From the IMG/VR virus record IMGVR_UViG_3300018417_000005, positions 1-64,000 of that record: a stretch of DNA of 64,000 bases; one strand, written 5' to 3'. Under the pieces are notes generated by a model. That model was not told where the DNA came from, did no database searches, and worked only from the letters and a program-made list of their open reading frames with translations. Positions 27,751 to 37,613 of this stretch are shown here, piece by piece; the stretch's first letter is position 1, and the number at the start of each line of letters is the position of its first letter. Both the position numbers and the translations under genes were made by a program. The DNA is from a virus.

Positions 27751-29605
27751 CCAAATAACTGACAATAGAACCCAACTAGCCGATGCTGAGAATCTCACGG
27801 ACGGTATTACAGGCACTTGGGTAGGGTCAACTTCGCCAGCACAAGCGATAGAAGTGTTTATTGAGGGTGCGGCCTCCATTGCTGACCAGCTAAACAACTC
27901 TGTGCGTACTATTCTGTGGAATGCAGGTACTACTATTGACCTCTCCGATACGCATATTTATATATGGGTTAACTGTGGTATTGTGGGACTACTTGAAACG
28001 CAAGCATTAGGCGGGATGGCTGTTAGATTTTGCGGCCCAGCCCAAGGTGACTTTTTTGAAGTATATGTTGGCGGCAATGATAACTGGCCCACAGCGATTA
28101 ATGGTGGTTGGGTGCAATTTGCCGTTGACGTGGTGGCAGCGCAAGCCTCACCGAGCAACACAGGCGGAACACCACCAGCAATTACAGCAATCCAACATAT
28201 TGGTATTGCTGGCGTAACAGTTCCAATGACAAAAGTTGGCGATAACTGTTGGGTTGATGCTATCTATTCACTAGCTGATGGCGTTCCTGGTATTATTGTT
28301 GAAGGTCGCAACGGTGGTACCACGCCGTGGGATAGTTCGGATATTTTCACTCAGCTAGGGACTAGCGCAGGCACATTTAGACCAGGTCCTGGAGGAGCAT
28401 GGGTTATTAGTACTCCGATACAATTCGGCATCAACGACACGACTACTCATGAATTCTTGGACACTAACTTTATTTGGTTGTGGGATAACCAGGAATTTGT
28501 GGCGGCAGATTTGTATAAGATTTCTGCTTTAGGCGGAAGTGGCGGGACTACTAATGTTACGTTCGGGATTAAATCTGGGACTGGCGCAGATGCTACAGGT
28601 TCTCAAGGTGGTATTGTGTCGGCGGCAACAGCTGGTGTGCGATATGATGTTGATATGGATGATGCGAATTTAGACCTTGTTGGTTTTTATGGCGGCTCGT
28701 TTATTCACGGTGGGGATTTCCAATTAGATAGTTCAGTAGTTGAAGTTGTTAGTACTAACTATATTGACTGTACTTCGGCATTTACTGAGGGTTCACGGCA
28801 AACACGAATAGGTGTTGTTGCGGCAAATACTGCTGACGATGTGCCGTTCATGACATTAAGTAATATTAGCGGTGTAACAAATTCAACGTTTGAATTCTCG
28901 GATGGTCACGCTATTGAAATTGTCGGCCCGGGTGAACCTTCATCGCAATTTTTAACTGAAGTTTCTTTTGTGGGTTATGGTGCTGATGCATCTACAGATG
29001 CCGCTATAGAAAATTCAACAGGCAATACAATAACAATAAACGTAACTGGTACTTCACCTACGGTTTTAGACACCTCAGGCACAACAATATTAGTAGTTGC
29101 TCCAGTAACAACCACTGTTACAGTACGAGACAATAATGGCTCGCTTTTACAAAATGCTAGGGTATATCTAGAAGCGGCAGATGGAACTGGTGCGCTACCG
29201 TTTGAAGATTCTGTGTCTGTTTCAGTAACAGCAACAACCGCAACAGTTACGCATACGGCGCACGGTATGACAACTGGCGATCAAGTAAAGATAACAGGAC
29301 TTAATCAGTCTGGTTACAATGGTGCCAAAACGATTACAGTAACCGGCGTAAACACTTACACTTACACAGTAGTTAACGATGGCACAGCAACAGGAACACC
29401 GATTGCTACAGGCATATTAATTAACGAGTTAACAACCGCAGGCGGTATCGCAGACGACACACGTTCAATTAGTGTAGCACAACCTGTTACAGGCTGGGTT
29501 CGCAAATCGTCCTCAGCACCATTCTTTAAAACATTCCCAATTACAGGCACTGTGAGTACTACTAATGGGCTATCTATAAACGTCCAAATGGTTCTAGACC
29601 AATAA
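27743..29605 (+). CDS. Putative virion structural protein (620 aa)
   Basis: Beta-rich; C-terminal TVTVRD..G..LQNARVY and ATVTHTAHG.TTGDQV.ITG..YNG modules of the kind seen in phage structural proteins. Confidence 0.6.
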   Translation: MANQITDNRTQLADAENLTDGITGTWVGSTSPAQAIEVFIEGAASIADQLNNSVRTILWNAGTTIDLSDTHIYIWVNCGIVGLLETQALGGMAVRFCGPAQGDFFEVYVGGNDNWPTAINGGWVQFAVDVVAAQASPSNTGGTPPAITAIQHIGIAGVTVPMTKVGDNCWVDAIYSLADGVPGIIVEGRNGGTTPWDSSDIFTQLGTSAGTFRPGPGGAWVISTPIQFGINDTTTHEFLDTNFIWLWDNQEFVAADLYKISALGGSGGTTNVTFGIKSGTGADATGSQGGIVSAATAGVRYDVDMDDANLDLVGFYGGSFIHGGDFQLDSSVVEVVSTNYIDCTSAFTEGSRQTRIGVVAANTADDVPFMTLSNISGVTNSTFEFSDGHAIEIVGPGEPSSQFLTEVSFVGYGADASTDAAIENSTGNTITINVTGTSPTVLDTSGTTILVVAPVTTTVTVRDNNGSLLQNARVYLEAADGTGALPFEDSVSVSVTATTATVTHTAHGMTTGDQVKITGLNQSGYNGAKTITVTGVNTYTYTVVNDGTATGTPIATGILINELTTAGGIADDTRSISVAQPVTGWVRKSSSAPFFKTFPITGTVSTTNGLSINVQMVLDQ

Positions 29606-29679
29606 CAATCCAATCCTAAAATAACATTCTTATCTTTCTGATAAATAGTAATAACAACCTTACTCGAGGAAGACTGAGA

Positions 29680-30132
29680 ATGGAAGAAAATAACACTAAT
29701 ATCATCGACGCAAATGTTATAGAAATCGATGAAACTACAGAAAACGAGACCCAGGAAATTAGTCTTGAAGAGGCTAAGGGTGTAATAGAATATAACTATC
29801 GTGCTCCACTTATCAGCGTAGAAGATGAATTTAAAAATCTCCCACAAAAAGAACAATCACGGTATATGCACAAACTAGCAAGTGCCATGAATCATGCGGC
29901 TAAACTGCTACAAGATGAACGTAATGAATTGCTAGTAAAAGTAGACAATTTAAAAGAAGATGTAAAGAACGCTGATGCGCAAGCTACTGTTCAAAAAAAT
30001 ATTAATCATCAATTAATGACAAAGATGAATGAAATAATACAAGAGAACGCAGTAGTATTACAAACAGAACAAAAAAGAGTTAAACAGTTAGAAACTGTCG
30101 TTAAGGCAGCGGGTCTATCATTAGAGCAATAA
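29680..30132 (+). CDS. Coiled-coil hypothetical protein
   Basis: Late promoter at 29640-29647; GAGGA RBS; heptad pattern. Confidence 0.6.
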   Translation: MEENNTNIIDANVIEIDETTENETQEISLEEAKGVIEYNYRAPLISVEDEFKNLPQKEQSRYMHKLASAMNHAAKLLQDERNELLVKVDNLKEDVKNADAQATVQKNINHQLMTKMNEIIQENAVVLQTEQKRVKQLETVVKAAGLSLEQ

Positions 30133-30143
30133 TAGGAAAATAA

Positions 30144-30857
30144 ATGTCAATTACATTAAGATCAGTTAAAGGCACAGCACTTACCCACGCAGAGTTAGAT
30201 CAAAACTTTATCGATCTACGTGATTTGCCGACAGGAACAGTGTACCCGAGTGCGTCTAACGTGGGTATTAAAGTAGACACGGCTAGCCCGGATTGGGCGT
30301 GGGAAGACCTTGTTGGTACGTTATTTGTAGACGAATCTGACCTAGCTAATGCGGCAGTATTTACTAATTTTATAGGTAATATTAAAGCAAGGCAATTTAT
30401 TAATGAACAGACTGATGTTGCGTATGTAGATTTCCATATACCGCACAATTATGTTGAAGGAACAGAACTGTATATACACGTACATTGGAGTCATTCTAAC
30501 ACAAATGTTACAGGCGGTTCAGTTACATGGGGCATAGATGCAACTTATGCAAAAGGACACCAGCAGTCAGCATTCCAAGCACCCATAACAGTAGCAATAT
30601 CACAAAATGCTAATACTACACAATATACACATATGATTGCAGAAGGCCCATTAACTACACCGGGCGGTGCTGCGGGTCAATTTGACACTGCTATTATTGA
30701 AACAGATGGTGTAATTAACTGTCGTGTATTTTTAGATAGTAATGACTTAACTGTTTCCTCAGGCGTTAAGCCCGACCCCTTTGTACATTTTGTCGATATA
30801 CACTATCAAAGCAGAGGCTTCGGAACAAAGAATAAATCACCGGACTTCTTCACGTAA
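30144..30857 (+). CDS. Virion protein with a fibre-type N-terminal motif
   Basis: MSITLRSVKGTALTHAELDQNF is a common N-terminus of phage fibre/attachment proteins. Confidence 0.6.
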   Translation: MSITLRSVKGTALTHAELDQNFIDLRDLPTGTVYPSASNVGIKVDTASPDWAWEDLVGTLFVDESDLANAAVFTNFIGNIKARQFINEQTDVAYVDFHIPHNYVEGTELYIHVHWSHSNTNVTGGSVTWGIDATYAKGHQQSAFQAPITVAISQNANTTQYTHMIAEGPLTTPGGAAGQFDTAIIETDGVINCRVFLDSNDLTVSSGVKPDPFVHFVDIHYQSRGFGTKNKSPDFFT

Positions 30858-30866
30858 AGGTAATCC

Positions 30867-33089
30867 ATGGCATCTAGAATATTATATGTAGATGACGGGT
30901 ACGCAGTTGGTGATAATTTTGTACAAACTGGTATAACTGTCGATTGGAAGAACAAAATTATTTTTGTTCCAAAAATCGCTATGACTTTAGTACAATCAAC
31001 CCCATCTGTAATTTATCAATTAGACCTAAACGTTTTCCGCTTAACACTTAAAGAGCTTGAGGCAGAGGTTATCGACTCCGGTGCAGGTGGCATGTCGTTT
31101 GAAGATACGCACCAACATAACCCGCCCGTAACAGTAGGAGGTGTAACACTTGCTCGAGTTGTGGAGATTATTAACGATTACAGTGTTACTTTTGAAGACG
31201 ATCAATATGCTGTTAACTTAGTAGGTGCTAACAGTAACGTAGGTGACCGTGTTAATGTTAACCAAGTTTCGGTACGTTCAGCTAACTCTGCTGGACTTGT
31301 AACTTCACAAGCTATTGAGTTTGGTGAGTACGGCGGTGGTGTTTATGTTAAACCATCCACAAATACCTCAGGAACAACCTACCCAGCCGGAACATTGCGC
31401 GAACCAGTTAACAACTTAGCAGACGCAAAACTTATTGCAACTGCGCGTGGTTTTAATAAGCTCTTTATTTTAGAGAGTATGACTTTACAAGATGAGGATT
31501 TTAGCGAATTTAAAATAGTAGGCGAAGGACCTACTGTTACAACAATTACAATAGCTAGTACTGTTCAATTAGAAAACTGCCAATTATCTAGCGCATTTTA
31601 TCAAGGTGTGTTAGATGGCGGATCATTAATATTTGATGCGCATATAGGTAACATAACATTCTTTAACGGTGAGATTAATAATTGCCTATTAGAAGGTACA
31701 ATAGAATTAGGCGGTACCACAGAAGCTATTCTGCGAGATTGTGCTTCGGGCGTTCCCGGACCGGGAACGCCTACTATTGATTGCAACGGTGACAGCCCTC
31801 CCTTAGCAATGCGTAACTATAACGGTGGTATAAGATTAATAAACAAAACAGGAAACACGTACCCTGCTATTGATGTAGACCTTAATAGCGGGCAGGTTAT
31901 CGTAGATTCATCAATAACAGAGGGTGAGATTACTGTGCGCGGTATTGGTAAACTTACAGATAATACCGACCCAAATAGCAATGTTGTTATATATAATGAG
32001 ATGCTAAATCCAGTTACACTAAACAAGGCATTGTTCAATGATGCAGTCGATATTGATATAATAGGCGGTACGGCTGGTTTAAAATACCCAACGGGCACAC
32101 CAATTCAACCATCAAATACTATAACCGATGCACGAATAATTGCAGATACTAACAATCTTAAAAAATACAATATTGTAGGCACAACTTCCCTCGACGCTAC
32201 ATATTATGAATGGACCTTTGCAGGGGTTTCTTCAAACGCAACCGATATTGATTTTAATAATCAAGACGTAGGCGAAAGTATTTTTACCCTAAGCACTGTT
32301 CGCGGAACAATGAACAGCACTGATCCAGTTGAACTTAGAAACTGTGTAGCAGTGGGATTACAAAACTTCCAAGGAACGGCTATCGAAACCGCACTTGTAG
32401 GAACATGGACAATTGAGCCCGGTACTACTGCTAGATTTGTCCGTTGTAACCAAGGAGGCACAAAGCCAGTATTTGATTTAACTGGCACCGGAAATGTAAA
32501 CTTCTCGCAGTATAACGGAAACATCACACTGTCAAATTTAGACGTATCGGCATCAACTATTGCCCTCGACTTTGCGTCGGGCGAAGTTGAAATATCCGAC
32601 AACTGCTCAGCAGGTAATATTATTTTGCGTGGTGTAGGAACATGGACTAACAAATCTACATACGCGGGTAATGCTACTGTGATCGATGCTATGATTAGCA
32701 CAACGAATATTTGGTCCGAGGATGTATCGACGTACCCAATCGGTACTGCGGGTTACTTGCAAGTACAAGCGGGTGATATATCAAATGCAAACATACAGAT
32801 TAGTGGTTTAACAAGCGACCAAGCAAATACGTTGAATCAAATTGATGCCACCACATTAAGTTCTAATGTTACGATTACAAACATAGATAACCAACTTTCC
32901 AATGTTGTTCTTAACGGTGCGTTAAGCACTGACCAAGCAACTATGTTAATGGAGATTTACGCATTGTACGGATTAGATCCTACTAAGCCACTTATTGTTA
33001 GTGATACTGCTAGAACAGCAGGCGCTAATATTACACAAACTGTCGATTGTAATGTTACTACGAGCACCACTACTGTAACGAGGGTGTAA
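30867..33089 (+). CDS. Putative structural protein with two internal beta-helix-like repeats
   Basis: GT.YP.GT...P.N...DA..IA occurs twice, each copy followed by YNG.I.L.N and SG.V. Confidence 0.55.
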   Translation: MASRILYVDDGYAVGDNFVQTGITVDWKNKIIFVPKIAMTLVQSTPSVIYQLDLNVFRLTLKELEAEVIDSGAGGMSFEDTHQHNPPVTVGGVTLARVVEIINDYSVTFEDDQYAVNLVGANSNVGDRVNVNQVSVRSANSAGLVTSQAIEFGEYGGGVYVKPSTNTSGTTYPAGTLREPVNNLADAKLIATARGFNKLFILESMTLQDEDFSEFKIVGEGPTVTTITIASTVQLENCQLSSAFYQGVLDGGSLIFDAHIGNITFFNGEINNCLLEGTIELGGTTEAILRDCASGVPGPGTPTIDCNGDSPPLAMRNYNGGIRLINKTGNTYPAIDVDLNSGQVIVDSSITEGEITVRGIGKLTDNTDPNSNVVIYNEMLNPVTLNKALFNDAVDIDIIGGTAGLKYPTGTPIQPSNTITDARIIADTNNLKKYNIVGTTSLDATYYEWTFAGVSSNATDIDFNNQDVGESIFTLSTVRGTMNSTDPVELRNCVAVGLQNFQGTAIETALVGTWTIEPGTTARFVRCNQGGTKPVFDLTGTGNVNFSQYNGNITLSNLDVSASTIALDFASGEVEISDNCSAGNIILRGVGTWTNKSTYAGNATVIDAMISTTNIWSEDVSTYPIGTAGYLQVQAGDISNANIQISGLTSDQANTLNQIDATTLSSNVTITNIDNQLSNVVLNGALSTDQATMLMEIYALYGLDPTKPLIVSDTARTAGANITQTVDCNVTTSTTTVTRV

Positions 33090-33090
33090 C

Positions 33091-33471
33091 ATGGCCTCCG
33101 GCACTAACAAGCCCTTTCACTATAACATAGCAACAGAAGGTGTTAACGCATGTAACCCTAAAATACTTGCTGTCTTAGGCTTCCTTAAAATAATAGATAT
33201 TACTATTGAGGAACTGCCCGGAAAAGGCGGCCCGGTCGGCTCCACGGAAGGTCGCCTACCTCGATACAAAATCCATGTACGTGTAGCTTTAAAAGATATG
33301 TGGTGGGAAAGAGAATATATAGTAGATAAAAGTAAGAAAGTGAACGTAGTAGTTAAGTTCTTAAACAGCATAGCACACGCAATTACAGCAAGAGCTTACG
33401 CATTTTTGAAGAAAGTAAGACAACCTAACGTGAGTGTGAAGGCAGAAATTATTGATAAAACAGATAAATAA
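33091..33471 (+). CDS. Hypothetical protein
   Basis: 126-aa ORF tightly packed in the operon. Confidence 0.55.
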   Translation: MASGTNKPFHYNIATEGVNACNPKILAVLGFLKIIDITIEELPGKGGPVGSTEGRLPRYKIHVRVALKDMWWEREYIVDKSKKVNVVVKFLNSIAHAITARAYAFLKKVRQPNVSVKAEIIDKTDK

Positions 33472-33501
33472 TAGTAACAAATATCTGTATATGGATGAAA
33501 A

Positions 33502-34188
33502 ATGGCAATAACCAGTCTAAACTTAAATCAACAAAACGACCTGGAGTTTTCAGTAGCAGTTTCGGGTGCAAACAGCAACAATGCGAAAACACGATTCTGC
33601 ATTGTAACCGAGGATAAAGAGATCGGCTTTACTGGTCTATTAGAGAACGGTTCTGTTAAGTTTTGTATCCCTAAATTAGAGAGTTTACTAGAAGCTGGCA
33701 CATATGAGTGTAAGCTAGAAATTATGGTAGACGAGTATTACTTCATGCCTATTAGTGAAACCATAGAATTTAAAATGCCAGTATCAGTCAGCGAAGCTAA
33801 AGTAGTTGACAGTGTAGAACCAAAAGAAAAACCATCTGTATCTATTAACAAAATGAAAGTAAGCGAATCTGCGCCGGTAGAACAATCTGTAACAACGGCT
33901 GAACACCCAGCTACAGTTACAACTACGCAAACTGTAAAACAAACTGTAAAAGCTAAACCGATTGATAGTGCGAAACAATACAAGATCGCAAAGCTGGTAG
34001 CAGAATCGCTAAAATATAAAACTAAGCCTACCCAAACACCTACTGACATTATTAACGAATCTCTAACTAACAGTCCTAATAAACTGTCACGAAAACAAGC
34101 TAGCCTGCTTAACAACATGTTAAAAGCAGCCAGTCAAGCTAGCATTGATTTTGATAAGAACCTGTTAGGTAAGATTAAAATCTTATAA
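33502..34188 (+). CDS. Hypothetical protein, Ig-like N-terminal domain likely
   Basis: Late promoter at 33463-33470; beta pattern IPKL..LEAGTYECKLEIMVD. Confidence 0.55.
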   Translation: MAITSLNLNQQNDLEFSVAVSGANSNNAKTRFCIVTEDKEIGFTGLLENGSVKFCIPKLESLLEAGTYECKLEIMVDEYYFMPISETIEFKMPVSVSEAKVVDSVEPKEKPSVSINKMKVSESAPVEQSVTTAEHPATVTTTQTVKQTVKAKPIDSAKQYKIAKLVAESLKYKTKPTQTPTDIINESLTNSPNKLSRKQASLLNNMLKAASQASIDFDKNLLGKIKIL

Positions 34189-34812
34189 TATAATTTTACT
34201 TCTGTCAAACTTCCTAAACGCTGTATAATACGTTTCGAAATCATCTACTGTTTGACGAGCGTGAAACAGTTCTAGTGGTACTTTCTTAGAAAAAGTAACG
34301 ATAGGAATATGATAGGTTTTTATGATATATTCTAGTCGCGAAATATCCTTCCTCAACGCATCAAGAATAATTGTTTTATAATTTATATCCGAGACAACTT
34401 CTATCAACCAATGATGATATTCATTCTCTGGATTATAGTTTTTAGCAACTTCTCGCAATTCGTAATACAAAGCTCTTACTGGGTTTATAGCTGATCTATA
34501 TTTCTTGCTTATGCTAGAAAAAATAAAACTACTATGTGTCGTAGACAAATTATCCATTACATCTTTATACTCTCTAGTAAGAGTTCCCCTTAGCATCTTG
34601 ACAGTACGGTCAACTACACGGTCAAAATTATCTTTTAAATTATCGGCTATATCCTTATGTCTCGGAGACAGCTCGCTATGTAGTCTCAGGATGTCGTCTA
34701 AGGTATACATACGATGTAATAAAAGTTTTGGGAGAGTGTTTGTCTTTTGGTATTTGTCTAGTGCGCTTTGTATCTGAAGTACATCGAAGTTTATCACTTC
34801 ACCTTTCTTCAT
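34183..34812 (-). CDS. Hypothetical protein
   Basis: 209-aa ORF; AATAAATA lies 5 nt upstream of the ATG. Confidence 0.6.
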   Translation of the reverse strand: MKKGEVINFDVLQIQSALDKYQKTNTLPKLLLHRMYTLDDILRLHSELSPRHKDIADNLKDNFDRVVDRTVKMLRGTLTREYKDVMDNLSTTHSSFIFSSISKKYRSAINPVRALYYELREVAKNYNPENEYHHWLIEVVSDINYKTIILDALRKDISRLEYIIKTYHIPIVTFSKKVPLELFHARQTVDDFETYYTAFRKFDRSKIIL

Positions 34813-34823
34813 ACATATATTTA

Positions 34824-35246
34824 TTAAGAATTAATAGCAAGTATAGTATGTAGTTTTTCTGTACCTTTGTTTTGCTTAAGAGTAGTTTTTGCGCCAGCGT
34901 GTAAAGGCTGTGGCCAAACGCCAATGTCAACCCACGCATAGCCTGCGCTTTCTTCATTTAGAATAGGAGTAAATTCTTCGTCTACTACATACACAAAACT
35001 GTAATAGTAAAACTTTTGATCTCTACTTTGATATATGTCTATAGGATTGAGTTTAGTAAGTTCAGGAACAAATCCTATTTCCTCACCTAGCTCACGCTTA
35101 ATAGCATCATAGGGTGTTTCGTTTGCTTCTAATGTGCCGCCCCAGAATCCCCAAGTATGCTTGAAACGTTTTTCAGATTTTCTTAATTGTAGTAAACAGC
35201 GTCCTGTGTCTTTAGCTAAAAAGACAACGCCTGCGGCTATAGTCAT
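34824..35246 (-). CDS. NUDIX hydrolase
   Basis: Nudix box GGTLEANETPYDAIKRELGEEIG. Confidence 0.9.
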   Translation of the reverse strand: MTIAAGVVFLAKDTGRCLLQLRKSEKRFKHTWGFWGGTLEANETPYDAIKRELGEEIGFVPELTKLNPIDIYQSRDQKFYYYSFVYVVDEEFTPILNEESAGYAWVDIGVWPQPLHAGAKTTLKQNKGTEKLHTILAINS

Positions 35247-35263
35247 AATAGTATTTAACTATA

Positions 35264-37129
35264 TTAGAGAACTAAAACCCAGTAACCTGGATTATAAGTG
35301 CCTTCATAACTGTTAATCCACTGCGAGCCTGTCCACTTGTATTGTGTAGAACTAGCAGTACTTGTTACGTAATTTTCGGTTGACACATTACTAGAATCGT
35401 AAGACACTATCCAGCTGTTACTGTCAGCGTCGAATTCGATAATATCATTTTCTCTAGCTAAGATATCCCACGCTAATGTAAAATTAGCTTGGCCCGCCAC
35501 TAATTCTAAATTTGATGTCTCGGGTATCTCTGGCGATCCTGGATCTGCTATGCCGGTATTAAACCCTGTAAATGAATAAGTGTATGAATTATTAGCAAAG
35601 TCTAAACCATCGTATCGTACTAATTCAACAATAGTTTTCAAGTCGTTTTCAAATGTAATACTAATAGAGGTCGGCAAATTATCAACACCAGGGGCAACGG
35701 TAATGTCTACGCGCCCGATTTCAACCTCCGGGAAAAACCCTACAGCAAAAATCCCATCATTAGGGAAAGAATCGATATACGTAGTAAACGGATTCCCGTC
35801 GTATAATACATCAGTGTTGGCCGCAATTAAGCCGGGCTCACCCAAATAAACATTGCTTGTATCGTACCAACCTATCTCAGCAATCTCGAAACTAGATTTG
35901 TCCGGACCCTGTAAATCGTTAATTATAATAGTCCAATTGCTTGAGCTTTCCACGTTACCTAATGTAGGCGGAACTGCCGGTACTGCCGGAGTAATAACGG
36001 TTTCATAAACTGCAGGACTTATATCCTCAGTAAGAAGGTAACGTTGTCCTGCAGATGCAGGGTCAAGCCCGTCACCGGGATAAACAGCCCTAGGGTCTAT
36101 AATGCTATCAACACTAGATACGGTGTTAGTAGGCAACGTGTCAGAATCTAACGTAAACGTCATCGTATTATTTGACAGGCTTATACCTCCTACAATAACA
36201 TCTGTATCGTTCTCAGGATCGTTAGTAGTGTTTAATTTAAGCAAGCTAGTAGTAGATACAGTGCCATACATCTCAATGACATTGTTCCACGATTGCTCTA
36301 TGCCAGCGGAATTAAGTAACACAGCAGAACTGCCGCTAATTTGTAAGTAATAATCTCCTGGAGTAACAATAACCTGCGCAGTATTTTCTATACTGCTAAA
36401 GAAGTCATAGTAATCATTATCGAATCCTAAGTCTGCTATACTATCTACAGTGTGAATATCTGCAATAATTTTTTGTATAATAGATTGCGCCTTAACCTTA
36501 GCTGGAGGAGAAATCCAAATAGGCACCTCAAATGTAAGCGTAGCAATATCTAAACTTTCATCAACGCCGGCTGGCACACTTCTGCTAGTCCACGAAGTAT
36601 TAGTTAATGTTATATTAAATACGTTAGACCAATCTAGCGGATTGCTATTGCTTTGTAACTCTAGACTAGGATTAAACAACACAAAAATTTGTTCTAATAA
36701 TTGTAATTTAGTATCAGTGTTTGTAGTCCAAATATCAACTTGTAATGTAAGATCATACGGAACAGGCATATATTTTTGTACAGTGTACAAGTTGCCCTGC
36801 TCAGAAGAGTATGTGCCAGTGTCGGGATCATATAAACGTTCAGCTACTTGTTTAGTGTCTACGTTCATTGGATCTTGTGCGCGTTCTCTCGATAGCTGTA
36901 ACTCATTAATGCTTAGTGCTATAAACGGCGCAGAGTTTACGACGTTCTCTGAGTTGTTCCTCAAAATACTCGATACCATTCTGCTAGCATCACCATAACG
37001 AACAGGCACTCGATTGTAACTGGTGCCGGTGCTTGACACTTCCTTTACTTGAAAGTGAGAAAACACACGAATAAGCTGAAGCAAGTATCGCTTAATTTGT
37101 TCGTCATAAAAGTAGTCAAGATTTGCCAT
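35264..37129 (-). CDS. gp15: Tail sheath stabiliser / tail terminator (gp15-like) with C-terminal extension
   Basis: YFYDEQIKRY, VPVRYG, MPVPYDL..QVDIW, KLQLLEQI..LFNP and F.VPIWISPP. Confidence 0.8.
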   Translation of the reverse strand: MANLDYFYDEQIKRYLLQLIRVFSHFQVKEVSSTGTSYNRVPVRYGDASRMVSSILRNNSENVVNSAPFIALSINELQLSRERAQDPMNVDTKQVAERLYDPDTGTYSSEQGNLYTVQKYMPVPYDLTLQVDIWTTNTDTKLQLLEQIFVLFNPSLELQSNSNPLDWSNVFNITLTNTSWTSRSVPAGVDESLDIATLTFEVPIWISPPAKVKAQSIIQKIIADIHTVDSIADLGFDNDYYDFFSSIENTAQVIVTPGDYYLQISGSSAVLLNSAGIEQSWNNVIEMYGTVSTTSLLKLNTTNDPENDTDVIVGGISLSNNTMTFTLDSDTLPTNTVSSVDSIIDPRAVYPGDGLDPASAGQRYLLTEDISPAVYETVITPAVPAVPPTLGNVESSSNWTIIINDLQGPDKSSFEIAEIGWYDTSNVYLGEPGLIAANTDVLYDGNPFTTYIDSFPNDGIFAVGFFPEVEIGRVDITVAPGVDNLPTSISITFENDLKTIVELVRYDGLDFANNSYTYSFTGFNTGIADPGSPEIPETSNLELVAGQANFTLAWDILARENDIIEFDADSNSWIVSYDSSNVSTENYVTSTASSTQYKWTGSQWINSYEGTYNPGYWVLVL

Positions 37130-37131
37130 TA

Positions 37132-37605
37132 TTAATCCTCAAACTCTGTTACAAGTTCGTACCGTGTCTTTTTACCGTCTTTAAATGCGATAAGTTTCGT
37201 GCCTCTATTATTGCTACGTTTAACAGAAGCATGAACCCATCCACTATTTTCGCCTTCGGCTGGGTTATAAAATTCTAAAATAACTTGATCGAACTTGCAG
37301 TTATTAACAATCCAATCAGCAAGCTCTTTATTTGATACGCCTGCTATTTCCATATCAACAGCTTCGCCCTTACAATGTTGCGATGTGCGCGAGCCTCCTA
37401 TTGCTTTATTTAAGTCAGGTGATCTATAACCGGATGTTACTCTAACAGGTTTACCGAAATGGTCTCTTACTGGCTGACAAATAGTCTCTACTAAATAAAG
37501 CAGATTGTCAAAATGCTCCCTGCTCGGTTCGTTGTTTATACCTTTGCGTTTTGCAGTCTCGGAGCGTGTGAACTCGCTTAAACTAAAATTCTTACTTAAT
37601 TTCAT
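37132..37605 (-). CDS. Peptidase M15A-type endolysin
   Basis: LSKNFSLSEF, VTSGYRS..LN.AIGG...SQH..GEAVD and WVH; start placed at 37605 behind GAGAGG. Confidence 0.88.
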   Translation of the reverse strand: MKLSKNFSLSEFTRSETAKRKGINNEPSREHFDNLLYLVETICQPVRDHFGKPVRVTSGYRSPDLNKAIGGSRTSQHCKGEAVDMEIAGVSNKELADWIVNNCKFDQVILEFYNPAEGENSGWVHASVKRSNNRGTKLIAFKDGKKTRYELVTEFED

Positions 37606-37613
37606 GTTTCCTC

